DNA from: Macrostomum lignano
Lineage: Eukaryota
Direction: 5' to 3'
Assembly (NCBI GenBank): GCA_002269645.1
Contig: NIVC01000099.1
Location: forward strand, 806,001 to 870,000
Length of the DNA stretch: 64,000 nt
The position numbers were made by a program, and so were the translations under genes. Each line of letters opens with the position of its first letter. The first letter of the stretch is position 1. The notes under the pieces are model-generated. The model was not told where the DNA came from and did not search any database. It worked only from the letters and a program-made list of their open reading frames with translations. Below are positions 22,701-38,141 of this stretch, one piece after another.

Positions 22701-25700
22701 AGAGAATCTCACCTGCTCACTATAGAGAAGCTCACCTGCTCACTAGAGAATCTCACCTGCTCACTAGAGAATCTCACCTGCTTACTAGAGAAAATCTCAC
22801 CTGCTCACTAGAGAAAATCTCACCTGCTCACTAGAGACAATCTCACCTGCTCACTAGAGACAATCTCACCTGCTCACTAGAGAGAATCTCACCTGCTCAC
22901 TAGAGAGAATCTCACCTGCTCACTAGAGAGAATCTCACCTGCTCACTATAGAGAAGCTCACCTGCTCACTAGAGAGAATCTCACCTGCTCACTATAGAGA
23001 AGCTCACCTGCTCACTAGAGAATCTCACCTGCTCACTAGAGAATCTCACCTGCTCACTAGAGACAATCTCACCTGCTCACTAGAGAAAATCTCACCTGCT
23101 CACTAGAGAGAATCTCACCTGCTCACTATAGAGAAGCTCACCTGCTCACTAGAGAGAATCTCACCTGCTCACTATAGAGAAGCTCACCTGCTCACTAGAG
23201 AGAATCTCACCTGCTCACTATAGAGAAGCTCACCTGCTCACTAGAGAATCTCACCTGCTCACTAGAGAATCTCACCTGCTCACTAGAGACAATCTCACCT
23301 GCTCACTAGAGAGAATCTCACCTGCTCACTAGAGAGAATCTCACCTGCTCACTAGAGAGAATCTCACCTGCTCACTAGAGAGAATCTCACCTACTCACTA
23401 GAGAGAATCTCACCTGCTCACTAGAGAGAATCTCACCTACTCACTAGAGAGAATCTCACCTGCTCACTAGAGAGAATCTCACCTGCTCACTAGAGAGAAT
23501 CTCACCTGCCCACGATGACTTTCTCGACCTCCCCGGCGGCCGGGCGCAGGCGCAGCCACAAGTCGATGGTGAAGAGGGTGCCGCCGCTGTTGAAGATAGA
23601 GGTGATGGAGGAGATGAGGGCCGCCAGCATCGCGGCGATCATGACCCCGCGAACTCCGGTGGGCAGCATCTGCTTGATGATCTCGATGTAGGCCACGTTG
23701 CTGCAGCCCTCCGGGATGCCGCACAGCCTCTCGCAGGCGGAGGCGTTGACGCAGGCGACGATGTCGGCGTAGTGAATCCGGCTGACCATGCCGGGGATGA
23801 TCATCAGCAGCAGCGGCAGCGTCTTCAGGAAGCCCGCGGCCACGCTGCCGGCCTAGGCGGGTGGAGAGTATAGTAGAGTGCATAGTGAAGTATAAAGTAG
23901 AGTGCATAGTAGAGTGAATAGTAGAGTGTAAAGTTAAGTGCATAGAAGAGAGTGTATAGTGTAGTGCATAGTAGAGTGCATAGTAGAATGCATAGTTGAG
24001 TGCATAGTAGAGTGCATAGTAGAGTGCATAGTAGAGTGCACAGTCAAATGCATAGTGGAGTGCATAGTCAAATGCATAGTGGAGTGCATAGTAGAGTGCA
24101 CAGTCGAGTGCATAGTGGAGTGCATAGTAGAGTGCATAGTGTAGTGCATAGTAGAGTGCATAGTGGAGTGCATAGTAGAGTGCATAGTAGAGTGCATAGT
24201 CGAGTGCATAGTAGAGCGCATAGTAGAGTGCATAGTAGAGTGCATAGTAGAGTGCATAGTAGAGTGCATAGTAGAGTGCATAGTCGAGTGCATAGTCGAG
24301 TGCATAGTAGAGTACATAGTAGAGTGCATAAGTAGAGTGCATAGTCAAATGCATAGTGGAGTGCATAGTAGAGTGCACAGTCGAGTGCATAGTGGAGTGC
24401 ATAGTAGAGTGCATAGTGTAGTGCATAGTAGAGTTCATAGTGGAGTGCATAGTAGAGTGCATAGTAGAGTGCATAGTCGAGTGCATAGTAGAGTGCATAG
24501 TAGAGTGCATAGTAGAGTGCATAGTCGAGTGCATAGTCGAGTGCATAGTAGAGTACATAGTAGAGTGCATAGTAGAGTGCATAGTCGAGTGCATAGTCGA
24601 GTGCATAGTCGAGTGCATAGTCAAGTGCATAGTAGAGTGCATAGTAGAGTGCATAGTGGAGTGACTTTAGTAGACTTTCCAATCGTCAGGCATGTACACT
24701 CTCTGTGCTAATTGCTCGACATCCCAAATTGGCAACCAATCCCCCCAGCGGCAACCTTGGCGTGCTGCAGGCTCCTGGCCGCCAGGGTTCTCTGCACGAA
24801 CAGCTGGTCGGTGCACCAGTGCCAGGCGGACAGGATGTTGGCGCCAAAGAAGGCTCCCAGCCAGGGGTAGTCGGGGTCGGCGATGTGGCGCAGCATGTGG
24901 AAGGCCTGCGGGTCGGGGGCGCCGCAGCCGGTCGAGTTGTCGTAGTCGGCGGGGTACGAGGCCAGGAAGCGGCTCTGCAGGTTGCCGAGGCCGCCGATGG
25001 AGTCGATGCTCATGACGGCCAGGACGCCGGCACCCAGAACAACGATGACGCCTTGGACTGCGTCCGTGATTATGACCGTGGTCAGGCCGCCCACCATAGT
25101 GTAGATTGCAGTCATCAGCAGCAGCACCGTGATGGACAGCACCTGGTCCCAGCCCATCGTGTTCTGGATGATCAGCGAGCCGGCGTACACCTCCAGCTGT
25201 GGGCGGACGGTGTACAGGGCTGATGATGCTGGGTTGTGGTTCGGATGCTGGGGCGGACGGTGTACAGGGTTGATGATGCTGGGTTGTGGTTCGGATGCTG
25301 GGGCGGACGGTAAGCGGATGGTGGGGCGGACGGTGAGCAGATGGTGAGCAGATGGTGAGCGGATGGTGAGGCGGACGGTGAGTGGATGGTGAGCAGATGG
25401 TGAGCGGACGGTGAGCGGATGGTGGGGCGGACGGTGAGCGGACGGTGAGCGGATGGTGAGCGGATGGTGGGGCGGACGATGGGGCGGACGGTGTACAGGG
25501 CTGATGATGCTGGGTTGTGGTTCGGATGGTGGGGCGGACGGTGAGCAGATGGTGGGGCGGACGGTGAGCGGATGGTGAGGCGGACGGTGAGTGGATGGTG
25601 AGCAGATGGTGAGCGGATGGTGAGCGGATGGTGGGGCGGACGGTGAGTGGATGGTGAGCAGATGGTGAGTGGATGGTGAGCGGATGGTGAGCGGATGGTG

Positions 25701-28700
25701 GGGCGGACGGTGAGCGGACGGTGAGCGGATGGTGAGCGGATGGTGAGCGGATGGTGGGGCGGACGGTGAGTGGATGGTGAGCAGATGGTGAGTGGATGGT
25801 GAGCGGATGGTGAGCGGATGGTGGGGCGTACGGTGAGCGGACGGTGAGCGGATGGTGAGCGGATGGTGAGCGGATGGTGGGGCGGACGGTGAGTGGATGG
25901 TGAGCAGATGGTGAGCGGATGGTGAGTGGATGGTGAGCAGATGGTGAGCGGACGGTGAGCGGACGGTGAGTGGATGGTGAGCAGATGGTGAGTGGATGGT
26001 GAGCGGATGGTGAGCGGATGGTGGGGCGTACGGTGAGCGGACGGTGAGCGGATGGTGAGCGGATGGTGAGCGGATGGTGGGGCGGACGGTGAGTGGATGG
26101 TGAGCAGATGGTGAGCGGATGGTGAGTGGATGGTGAGCAGATGGTGAGCGGACGGTGAGCGGACGGTGAGTGGATGGTGAGCAGATGGTGAGTGGATGGT
26201 GAGCGGATGGTGAGCGGATGGTGGGGCGTACGGTGAGCGGACGGTGAGCGGATGGTGAGCGGATGGTGAGCGGATGGTGGGCGGACGGTGAGTGGATGGT
26301 GAGCAGATGGTGAGCGGATGGTGAGTGGATGGTGAGCAGATGGTGAGCGGACGGTGAGCGGATGGTGAGCGGATGGTGGGGCGGACGATGGGGCGGACGG
26401 TGTACAGGGCTGATGATGCTGGGTTGTGGTTCGGATGGTGGGGCGGAGGGTGGGCGGATGGTGGGGCGGACGGTGAGCGGATAGTGGGGCGGACGGTGAG
26501 CGGATGGTGAGCGGACGGTGAGCGGATGGTGGGGCGGACGGTGAGAAGATGGTGGGGCGGACGGTGGGGCGGACGGTGAGCGGACAGTGAGCGGATGGTG
26601 AACGGACAGTGAGCGGATGGTGAGCGGACGGTGAGTGGATGGTGAGCGGATGGTGGGGCGGACAGTGAGCGGATGGTGAGCGGACGGTGAGCAGATGGTG
26701 GGGCGGATGGTGAGCGGATGGTGAGCGGATGGTGAGCGGATGGTGAGTGGATGGTGAGCAGATGGTGAGCGGACGGTGAGCGGATGGTGAGCGGATTGTG
26801 GGGCGGACGATGGGGCGGACGGTGTACAGGGCTGATGATGCTGGATTGTGGTTCGGATGGTGGGGCGGAGGGTGAGCGGATGGTGGGGCAGACGGTGAGC
26901 AGATGGTGGGGCGGACGGTGAGCAGATGGTGAGCGGACGGTGAGCGGATGGTGGGGCGGACGGTGAGCAGATGGTGAGCAGATGGTGAGCGGACGGTGAG
27001 CGGATGGTGAGCGGATGGTGGGGCGGACGATGGGGCGGACGGTGTACAGGGCTGTTGATGCTGGGTTGTGGTTCGGATGGTGGGGCGGAGGGTGGGCGGA
27101 TGGTGGGGCAGACGGTGAGCAGATGGTGGGGCGGACGGTGAGAAGATGATGGGGCGGACGGTGAGCGGACGGTGAGCGGACGGTGAGCGGATGGTGAGCG
27201 GATGGTGAGCGGATGGTGAGCGGATGGTGAGCGGATGGTGAGCGGATGGTGAGCGGATGGTGAGCGGATGGTGAGCGGATGGTGGGGCGGACGGTTGGGC
27301 AACGGTGGGGCGGACGGTGGGGCGGATGATGGGGCGGATGGTGGGGCGGACGTTGGGGCGCATGATGGGGCGGACGGTGGGGCGGATGATGGGGCGGATG
27401 GTGGGGCGGACGGTTGGGCAACGGTGGGGCGGACGTTGGGGCGGATGATGGGGCGGATCGTGGGGCGGACGGTGAGGCGCATGATGGAGCGGACGGTGGG
27501 GCGGATGTCGGGGCGAACAATGGGGCGGACAGTGGGGCGGATGGTGGGCGGATGGTGGGGCGGAGACTCACCGAGAGCTTGGCGAAGACGTACATGAGCA
27601 GCGACTGCACAGCCAGCAGGATCTGCATTCGCTTGCCGCCGAATCGCTTCTTAATGTACTCCGGCATGGTGAAGGCCTGCAGCGGTTGGGCTGGTTTTTG
27701 ACTTTGACTCTCACCCCTTCTACCGGACTCTTATGCGTATGTCAAACACCCCAGAAAATCAGACTTCCACTGCAGACACTCACTCCAGACACACCAGACA
27801 CCCACCGCAGACACTCACCCCAGACACGCCAGACAACCACCGCAAACACTCATCCCAGACACGCCAGACACCCACCGCAGACACTCACCCCAGACACGCC
27901 AGACAACCACCGCAAACAGTCACCCCAGACACCCACCCAGATACCCACCCAGACACCCACCCAGACACCCACCCAGACACCCACCCAGACACCCACCCAG
28001 ACACCCACCCAGACACCCACCCAGACACCCACCGCAAACACTCACCCCAGACACGCCAGACACCCACCGCAGACACTCACCCCAGACACTCACCCCAGAC
28101 ACGCCAGACAACCACCGCAAACATTCATCCTAGACACCCACCCAGACACCCACCCAGACACCCACCGCAAACACTCACTCCAGACACGCCAGACACCCAC
28201 CCAGACACTCACCCCAGACACCCACCAAGACACCCACCGCAAACAGTCACCCCAGACACCCACCCAGACACCCACCGCAGACACTCACCCCAGACACGCC
28301 AGACACCCACCGCAGACACTCACCCAGACACCCACCGCAGACACTCACCCCAAGACACGCCAGACAACCACCGCAAACACTCACCCCAGACACGCCAGAC
28401 GCCCACCGCAAACACTCACCCCAGACACCCACCCAGACACCCACCACAAACACTCATCCCAGACACGCCAGACACCCACCGCAGACACTCACCCCAGACA
28501 CGCCAGACGCCCACCGCAAACACTCACCCCAGACACCCACCCAGACAACCACCACAAACACTCATCCCAGACACGCCAGACACCCACCGCAGACACTCAC
28601 CCCAGACACGCCAGACAACCACCGCAAACAGTCACCCCAGACACCCACCCAGACACCCAGCGCAAACACTCACCCCAGACACCCACCCAGACACCCAGCG

Positions 28701-31290
28701 CAAACACTCACCCCAGACACCCACCCAGACACCCACCCAGACACCCACCGCAAACACTCACCCCAGACACGCCAGACACCCACCGCAGACACTCACCCCA
28801 GACACTCACCCCAGACACGCCAGACAACCACCGCAAACATTCATCCTAGACACCCACCCAGACACCCACCCAGACACCCACCGCAAACACTCACTCCAGA
28901 CACGCCAGACACCCACCCAGACACTCACCCCAGACACCCACCAAGACACCCACCGCAAACAGTCACCCCAGACACCCACCCAGACACCCACCGCAGACAC
29001 TCACCCCAGACACGCCAGACACCCACCGCAGACACTCACCCAGACACCCACCGCAGACACTCACCCCAAGACACGCCAGACAACCACCGCAAACACTCAC
29101 CCCAGACACGCCAGACGCCCACCGCAAACACTCACCCCAGACACCCACCCAGACACCCACCACAAACACTCATCCCAGACACGCCAGACACCCACCGCAG
29201 ACACTCACCCCAGACACGCCAGACGCCCACCGCAAACACTCACCCCAGACACCCACCCAGACAACCACCACAAACACTCATCCCAGACACGCCAGACACC
29301 CACCGCAGACACTCACCCCAGACACGCCAGACAACCACCGCAAACAGTCACCCCAGACACCCACCCAGACACCCAGCGCAAACACTCACCCCAGACACCC
29401 ACCCAGACACCCAGCGCAAACACTCACCCCAGACACCCACCCAGACACCCACCCAGATACCCACCAAGACACCCACCCAGACACCCACACAGACACCCAC
29501 CCAGACACCCACCGCAAACACTCACCCCAGACACGCCAGACACCCACCGCAAACACTCACCCCAGACACGCCAGACACCCACCGCAAACACTCACTCCAG
29601 ACACGCCAGACACCCACCCAGACACTCACCCCAGACACCCACCAAGACACCCACCGCAAACACTCACTCCAGACACCCACCCAGACACCCACCGCAAACA
29701 CTCGACCCAGACACGCGAGACACCCACCGCAGACACTCACCCAGACACCCACCGCAGACAGTCACCCAGACACCCACCGCAGACACTCACTCCAGACACC
29801 CACCCAGACACCCACCGCAGACACTCACCCCAGAGGTCAGGTACACGGGCACAAACAGGTACGCCAGCAGCAGGAGGCTGTAGATGCCCACAAACTCGTA
29901 GCACAGAACTCCGAAACCGTTGGCTGCCGCGGAGCCCGCAGTCCCGATGAAGGTGTTGCTGCCGATGTTGCTCATGTAGAGCGACAGGGCGATCTGAAAT
30001 GTCAATTCATGACTTCACGCGATGAGCCGCAGTTGCTACTGGGGAGTAGTAGAAGCAGCACACAGATTTTACAATTAACCCACCGTCCACCAGGACATGC
30101 TGCGGCCGGCCAGAAAGTAACCGGCTGATGACGTCTTTGATTTCCTTTGCTCTCGAATGGCCGACTGAGAGTATTGTCAAAGGTAAAAAATATTAGGGGT
30201 TGAATATAATGTAATATAAATGTACATCTTGTATATCTTGAGTCGTTTTTTAAATCAATTCTAACTGACCAGAGTCATGTCTAGTCACTCCAGTAAGACA
30301 AGAGTCATGTCCAGTCACTTCAGTAAGACCAGAGTCATGTCCAGTCACTTCAGTAAGACCAGAGTCATGTCCAGTCACTACGATCAGACCAGAATCATGT
30401 CCAGTCACTACGATCAGACCAGAATCATGTCCAGTCACTACGATCAGACCAGAATCATGTCCAGTCACTAAGATCAGACGAGAGTCATAGAGTCATGTCT
30501 AGTCACTTCAGTAAGACCAGAGTCATGTCTAGTCACTCCAGGAAGACCAGGGTCATGTCTAGTCACTCCAGTAGGACCAGAGTCATGTCTAGTCACTTCA
30601 GGAAGACCAGGGTCATGTCTAGTCACTCCAGGAAGACCAGAGTCATGTCTAGTGACTCCAGTAAGACCAGAGTCATGTCTAGTCACTTCAGTAAGACCAG
30701 AGTCATGTCTAGTGACTCCAGGAAGACCAGGGTCATGTCTAGTCACTCCAGTAAGACCAGAGTCATGTCTAGTCACTCCAGTAAGACCAGAGTCATGTCT
30801 AGTCACTTCAGTAAGACCAGAGTCATGTCTAGTCACTCCAGTAAGACCAGAGTCATGTCTAGTCACTTCAGTAAGACCAGAGTCATGTCTAGTGACTCCA
30901 GGAAGACCAGGGTCATGTCTAGTCACTCCAGTAAGACCAGAGTCATGTCTAGTCACTCCACTAAGACCAGAGTCATGTCTAGTCACTTCAGTAAGACCAG
31001 AGTCATGTCTAGTCACTCCACTAAGACCAGAGTCATGTCTAGTCACTCCACTAAGACCAGAGTCATGTCTAGTCACTCCAGTAAGACCAGAGTCGTCTAG
31101 TCACTCCAATCAGACTAGAAACATGTCTAGTCACTCCAGTCAGACCAGAAACATGTCTAGTCATCAATGATCGGTACTCGTATGTTTCACTCACAAAAAT
31201 GCCAATGGCAAAGGTGGCCAGCAGGTACAGAGCAATCACCAGGTAATCTATCCAGGTGAGCTCAACAGTTAATGAGAAATCTGTCTCCAT
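19768..31290 (-). CDS. SLC5 sodium/glucose-myo-inositol cotransporter family protein (SGLT/SMIT-like), about 692 aa
   Basis: Exons 31290-31195, 30164-30084, 29993-29829, 27676-27572, 25196-24756, 23852-23506, 22122-21954, 21882-21667, 20226-19768 join in frame. Family motifs: GYFLAGRSM, SNIGS, MPEYIKKRFGG, WCTDQ..VQR, GFLKTLP, SSITSIFNS, QSVTSYL.PPI. Confidence 0.93.
20330..21657. repeat. Two adjacent related 20-bp arrays (SLC5 last intron)
   Basis: ggattggagtgaacaggaat grading into ggattttagtggactggaat. Confidence 0.93.
22681..23505 (-). repeat. 21-23-bp minisatellite copying the SLC5 exon 6 donor, ~36 copies
   Basis: Sense-strand unit TAGTGAGCAG|GTGAGATTCTCTC. Confidence 0.92.
23870..24662. 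repeat. 12-bp minisatellite
   Basis: atagtagagtgc. Confidence 0.93.
25197..27565. repeat. 11-bp-based complex minisatellite with a 200-bp higher-order repeat
   Basis: ggatggtgagc units; the rare variant gtggggcgta recurs at 25821, 26021 and 26221. Confidence 0.9.
27750..29828. repeat. CCAGACAC-based complex minisatellite with a 716-bp block duplication
   Basis: Marker acattcatcctaga at 28121 and 28837; identical translated ORFs offset by 716 nt. Confidence 0.9.
30270..31165. repeat. 30-bp minisatellite (SLC5 intron 1 and its boundary)
   Basis: agagtcatgtctagtcactccagtaagacc. Confidence 0.92.
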
Positions 31291-31849
31291 CGTTGCGGTT
31301 TCAGGTTCGAATCAGTCTTTTCTGTCAATCGCAACAACAAGTTTCTCAGCGAAATGCTCAGACTTAAGAGAAACTCGAATGAAAAATTTCACCTTCAGTT
31401 TTATCAGCCTGAGCTCGCTATTCACAGCACTGCTTATCGGCGAGCTCAGGTTAATCAGCTTTTTTGAAAATCTTTCCTTGCTGATAATTTTTTCAAAGTT
31501 CTGCTCTGCTTCTATTTGAAATTGCAATGGTCTGGTCTCGCCTGAGGGGGCCGAAAATTTCTAAGAATGGGGTGGGAGAGCGCGGTGCCATTCGCTTGAA
31601 GACTGGCTCATCATATGCGGGCTGCTGGACCCCAAAAACATTTTGCTTTCTGAGTTGCCATTCTGTATGTTCGACTGGTGGTTGTCACTGTGGTTGCTGC
31701 GTGCATTCGCATACAGTGTGTTGGAGACGGCGTCTTTTTTATCAAGGACTCAACCCAGGACAGCTGCGCTAAACAAATTGCTGAACTTTTAACATTTGCA
31801 TTTCATAGCTCGTATTGACTATTGCTGTCGCTGATCCGCCCACACAGTC

Positions 31850-32490
31850 CTTGATAATCCACCTTCATCCGCCCGTTTTTGAGAATCCGCCCCTGACACG
31901 CACCCTCAGTCCTTGAGAATCCACCCTCATCCGCCCCAGTCCTTGAGAATCCGCTCCTGATCCACCCCCTCAGTCCTTGAGAATCCGCCCCTGATACGCA
32001 CCCTCAGTCCTTGAGAATCCGCCCCTGATACGCACCCTCAGTCCTTGAGAATCCGCTCCTGATCCACCCCTCAGTCCTTGAGAATCCGCTCCTGATCCAC
32101 CCCTCAGTCCTTGAGAATCCCCTCCTGATCCACCACTCAGTCCTTGAGAATCCGCTCCTGATCCACCCCTCAGTCCTTGAGAATCCGCCCCTGATACGCA
32201 CCCTCAGTCCTTGAGAATCCGCCCCTGATACGCACCCTCAGTCCTTGAGAATCCAGCCTGATCCGCCCTAGTTCTTGAGAATCCGCTCCCGAGTCCTTCA
32301 GAGTCCACTCTGATCCGCCCCTCAGTCTCTAAGAATCTGCCCCTGATCCGTCCCTGATACGCACCCTCAGTCCTTGAGAATCTGCCTCTGATCCGCCCCT
32401 CAGTCCTTGAGAATCCGCCCTCTTAAGTTTATCAGAATCCGCTCCTGATCCGCCCCAGCTCCTGAGAATCCACTCCTGATCCGCCCCCAC
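31850..32490. repeat. ~34-bp minisatellite
   Basis: gtccttgagaatccgcccctgatacgcaccctca. Confidence 0.88.
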
Positions 32491-33636
32491 CCACTCTCCT
32501 TGACAGCCGACCGTTTGACTTCCCAGCCGCAGTAAAAATAAAGTACACAAAGTCCTCAAAGACAGACAAGTTTTTTGGTACAAAGTTGTTTTGTCCCAAA
32601 GAAAAATGATAAGTTTTTAAATAATTTGACCCACCTCAGCGATAATCCGATCCGATTTAATACTAAGGCTGCACGCACAGCAAAGTAGATATGGGTAATA
32701 TATGTAATACATAAATAGATAAACAAATATATGTATTTGCACGCAAGCGCCGAGCCATAAAACACATTGGGACAGGTGGGGTTTTACTGAATCAGTTCAC
32801 TGCCAGCCAGAGCGCAACCCGGGCCGAGCCATAAAACACATTGGGACAGGTGGGGTTTTACTGAATCAGTCCACTGCCAGCCAGAGCGCAACCCGGGCCG
32901 ATAGGCACGCAAAAAAACACTATAAAATTTCAACTTCACAAAAAGCGATCCATAAATTGAATATAAAAACACAATTTTAGAACTGCCTGTCAATCAAGAA
33001 ATCGATAGTTAATTTCAATTATTCTAATCGTTCGGTGCCTTACTTTGGTATTAGATTTATTGATTGATTGATTGATAGGCAGCACAGGGGTCACAATATA
33101 AGCAGGTGGCACGTAAGACTCACAGAGATAAGGATGTACAGGAGTTTTCCATTTCAACAGCAATAATACACAACAAACAGGAATCGATATCCGCTGCATA
33201 CTACTTACTAACTAAAGCAATCATCAGTAGTGCAATAGGGGCACAAAACGAACGCTGGAGAACTGGAGAATTAACGGTGGGGAAAGAGCAACCGATATAG
33301 ATGGCACGCTAATTAAAAAGAGAGTTAAAACGCGCGCTCTATGGGATATATATATTGACGGGCAGAGCGGCTAATACAGTAAAAATCGGTAAGCAGTTCA
33401 GTATTAAAGCAGCGCATTGGGGCGGGACGCTTCCGCCTCTTGGATAATAAAAAAACTCGGCAAATATTCGGATTACTTGGTAGTTGAAGCAGCAAAGCAA
33501 AAGAGAGACAGTTAATCGGCAACTTGTTGCACTTGCGGAAATTGGAACAGATTAGTGGTACAGTCCTGGCCAGTTCTACTGTGGCAAACTTCATCAGCAT
33601 CACCAATTCGGCTTTGCCGTTCTGTAGCTGGGCAGC

Positions 33637-35642
<2,006 letters not shown>

Positions 35643-36886
35643 TATTTTTGTAGTATTTTAAGGCACCAAAAACCAAAGGCCTCAAGTGCTAAAATTCTAG
35701 CCATAGTGTAAACTATACTACATGGTATCCTAGAACAAAAAAGGCTCATCAATTATATATCAATATGGCAAGAAAAAATATATATTAATATACCAAGAAA
35801 AGGGTTTGATTTCTTTCCGAAAATACAACCTAGATCATACTAAAATGTTAGAAAATTTTTAATATACATAGTCAAAAGTTATGCATATCAAAGTTATATG
35901 AATTTTGGTATATATGCAATTTTCATATCCTTGACATGTCACTAGAAATATATTATGACTAGGCTTCATAATTTTTGTTTCCATTGTCTGTTTTAATGCT
36001 ATTATTTAATATGAAAAAGAGAATTACTGCTATAAATTTGTACAAAATGATTTTATTTGGATCATTAGAACAAAATATATAATGAAAAGTAATACTAATT
36101 TTGGGGCAACCCTTGTAGCTTTCTATTAGACCTATAGAAGGACCTAGAGTATACTATTAGCATATAACTTGACATACAGAGGCCTGGCATGCCTTTTTGA
36201 TATATAGCTGGCATATAATGATCACCAAAATAGCAGGTAAGACCAAGTTCCAAGTTCTAACCCATAGTCTAGATCATGCTAGGTACTCGTATACACCTGA
36301 ACAAGAGTGAAGAGTTACAAATGTATACCAAAAAATTTTTGTATATGCCTGCAATCTTAAAATATCACAAACTTTTGCTTTAATGCATTATTAAAAAGCT
36401 TGAAAGCTAAAAAGTTTGAAATTTTTACTAAAATAAACATTTTCAATCTTTTTTTTCAATTTAACACGAACTCTTGCATGATTCTATTAAGTGCATACCA
36501 GGTGTGCACATATATTATTTTCTTAAGAGTCATGCACACCAACTATGCACACCTAAATTTAGGCATGCAGGGCCAATGCAAGCCCAAATTTTTGGGCATA
36601 GGCACCAAAAAAGTGCAAATAACTCTATTGGATCTAGAGTGACTCTATCTAGAGTGACTTTCTGGCACTCTAGGACCAGCAAAAATTGACTCATAGGCTT
36701 ACTACATGATCCAGAGTATAGGTTCCTACCAATGTACAAAGTTAGCATACAAAAAAATAAGTTAAAGTTTAGTGTAATCTCTATATGCTAATAAGTATAG
36801 TTAGGATTAGATAAGCTAAATTTTGATCAAAAAGAATATCCCCTAAAATAAATAAAAAATTAAATATTATTATGTTTCACTTCTCT

Positions 36887-37545
36887 GGTATCTAGTCAAT
36901 CTGGCAACAAGACAATCTGGCAATAGACAATCTAGCAATGGTCAAAATGGTGCAATAAATCAGGCAACAATTTGTAATAAATTGGCTATTGTTATTTAAG
37001 CAGATTAAAGAGAGCTTTGATTGTTATAATTATTATTATTATTATTATTGTTATAAACTATTTTTTATTAGAATGTATGCAAAAATAGTTTTGGGAATTA
37101 GAATTTAGCAGGTTCAAAATGCACAGATTTTGATCAACTATCAATAGTTTATTTTCTTATAATGGTGATACATGCATTTTATTGCTTTAAAAATAGGAAA
37201 CTGCATTAAATCAATACATTCTTTTTTATTTTCACTAAAGGCCACATACTAGTTTTCATCTATAGATACATTATTACATTAAAATGCATTTAATATGATA
37301 TCCTAAACTGTCAAAAATACAGACATAATGTAAAATTTCTTATTAGAAAAGTGAAAACATACTGGTTGTCTTAGGCTAAAGTGAATTCTATACATGTAAA
37401 ATCAAAAACTACAGTTCATGTAAAGTTTTATTCATATTGTATCTACATATAAAATTGTATCTAAAATCTGTAAAATCTATAATACAAAATCTGTTGCTGG
37501 GTTGTCTATTGCTAAATCATCTCGTTGCCAGAGTGTCTAGAAGCC
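36887..37545. mobile_element. Old degenerate MITE-like element (possibly Mutator-related)
   Basis: Imperfect ~50-bp inverted ends (GGTATCTAGTCAATCTGGCAACAAG vs GGCTTCTAGACACTCTGGCAACGAG). Flanks cacttctct / cagttcttt match 7/9 as a decayed 9-bp TSD. Confidence 0.45.
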
Positions 37546-37590
37546 CAGTTCTTTAAGAAGTAAGACTAGAATAAAACAAAAATATTAAAA

Positions 37591-38141
37591 GGCAGTGCTT
37601 ATCCCCACGGTACCGTAGGAATAATTTCTGTCTTATTCCAATGGTACCATGCGAATAATTTTCTGCTTATCCGCACGGCACACTGACGAGATAGCTGCCC
37701 TATCTTCTACATATGCCGTGTTGTGGGAAGTTTAGTACATACGATTTGAGTGCAGTATAACAACATAACTTGGCTTGAACATTTGTTCTAAAGAAATAAA
37801 GATTTTTTCTATGAGAAAGATTTTTTTTGTGTAGTAAAAAATGATTTAAATTAAATTAACTCTAAGAATTGTTTATTATTTAAATTTTTAGCAAAGTCTA
37901 ATCTGATCTCGCCGTGATTTATATAGTCCATTGCCGCTTCCGTAGAATTTTACTACTCATGTGAATTCGCATGATTCATATTCATATTATGGATAAGCAG
38001 AAAATTATTTGCACGGCATATGTAGAAGATAGGGCAGCTATCTCGTCAGTGTGCTGTGCGGATAAGCAGAAAATTATTCGCACAGTACCGTTGGAATAAG
38101 ACAGAAATTATTCCTACGGTACCGTGGGGATAAGCACTGCC
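37591..38141. mobile_element. MITE, 551 bp, ~130-bp TIRs, 9-bp TSD (Mutator- or Merlin-like)
   Basis: Near-perfect TIR GGCAGTGCTTATCCCCACGGTACCGTAGGAATAATTTCTG...; exact TSD ATATTAAAA at 37582-37590 and 38142-38150. Confidence 0.88.

Noticed and set aside
24667-29883. Very long ORFs (700-920 aa) rich in P/H/S/T in both SLC5 introns
   Set aside because: They are translations of stop-free minisatellites; only the embedded SLC5 exons are coding.
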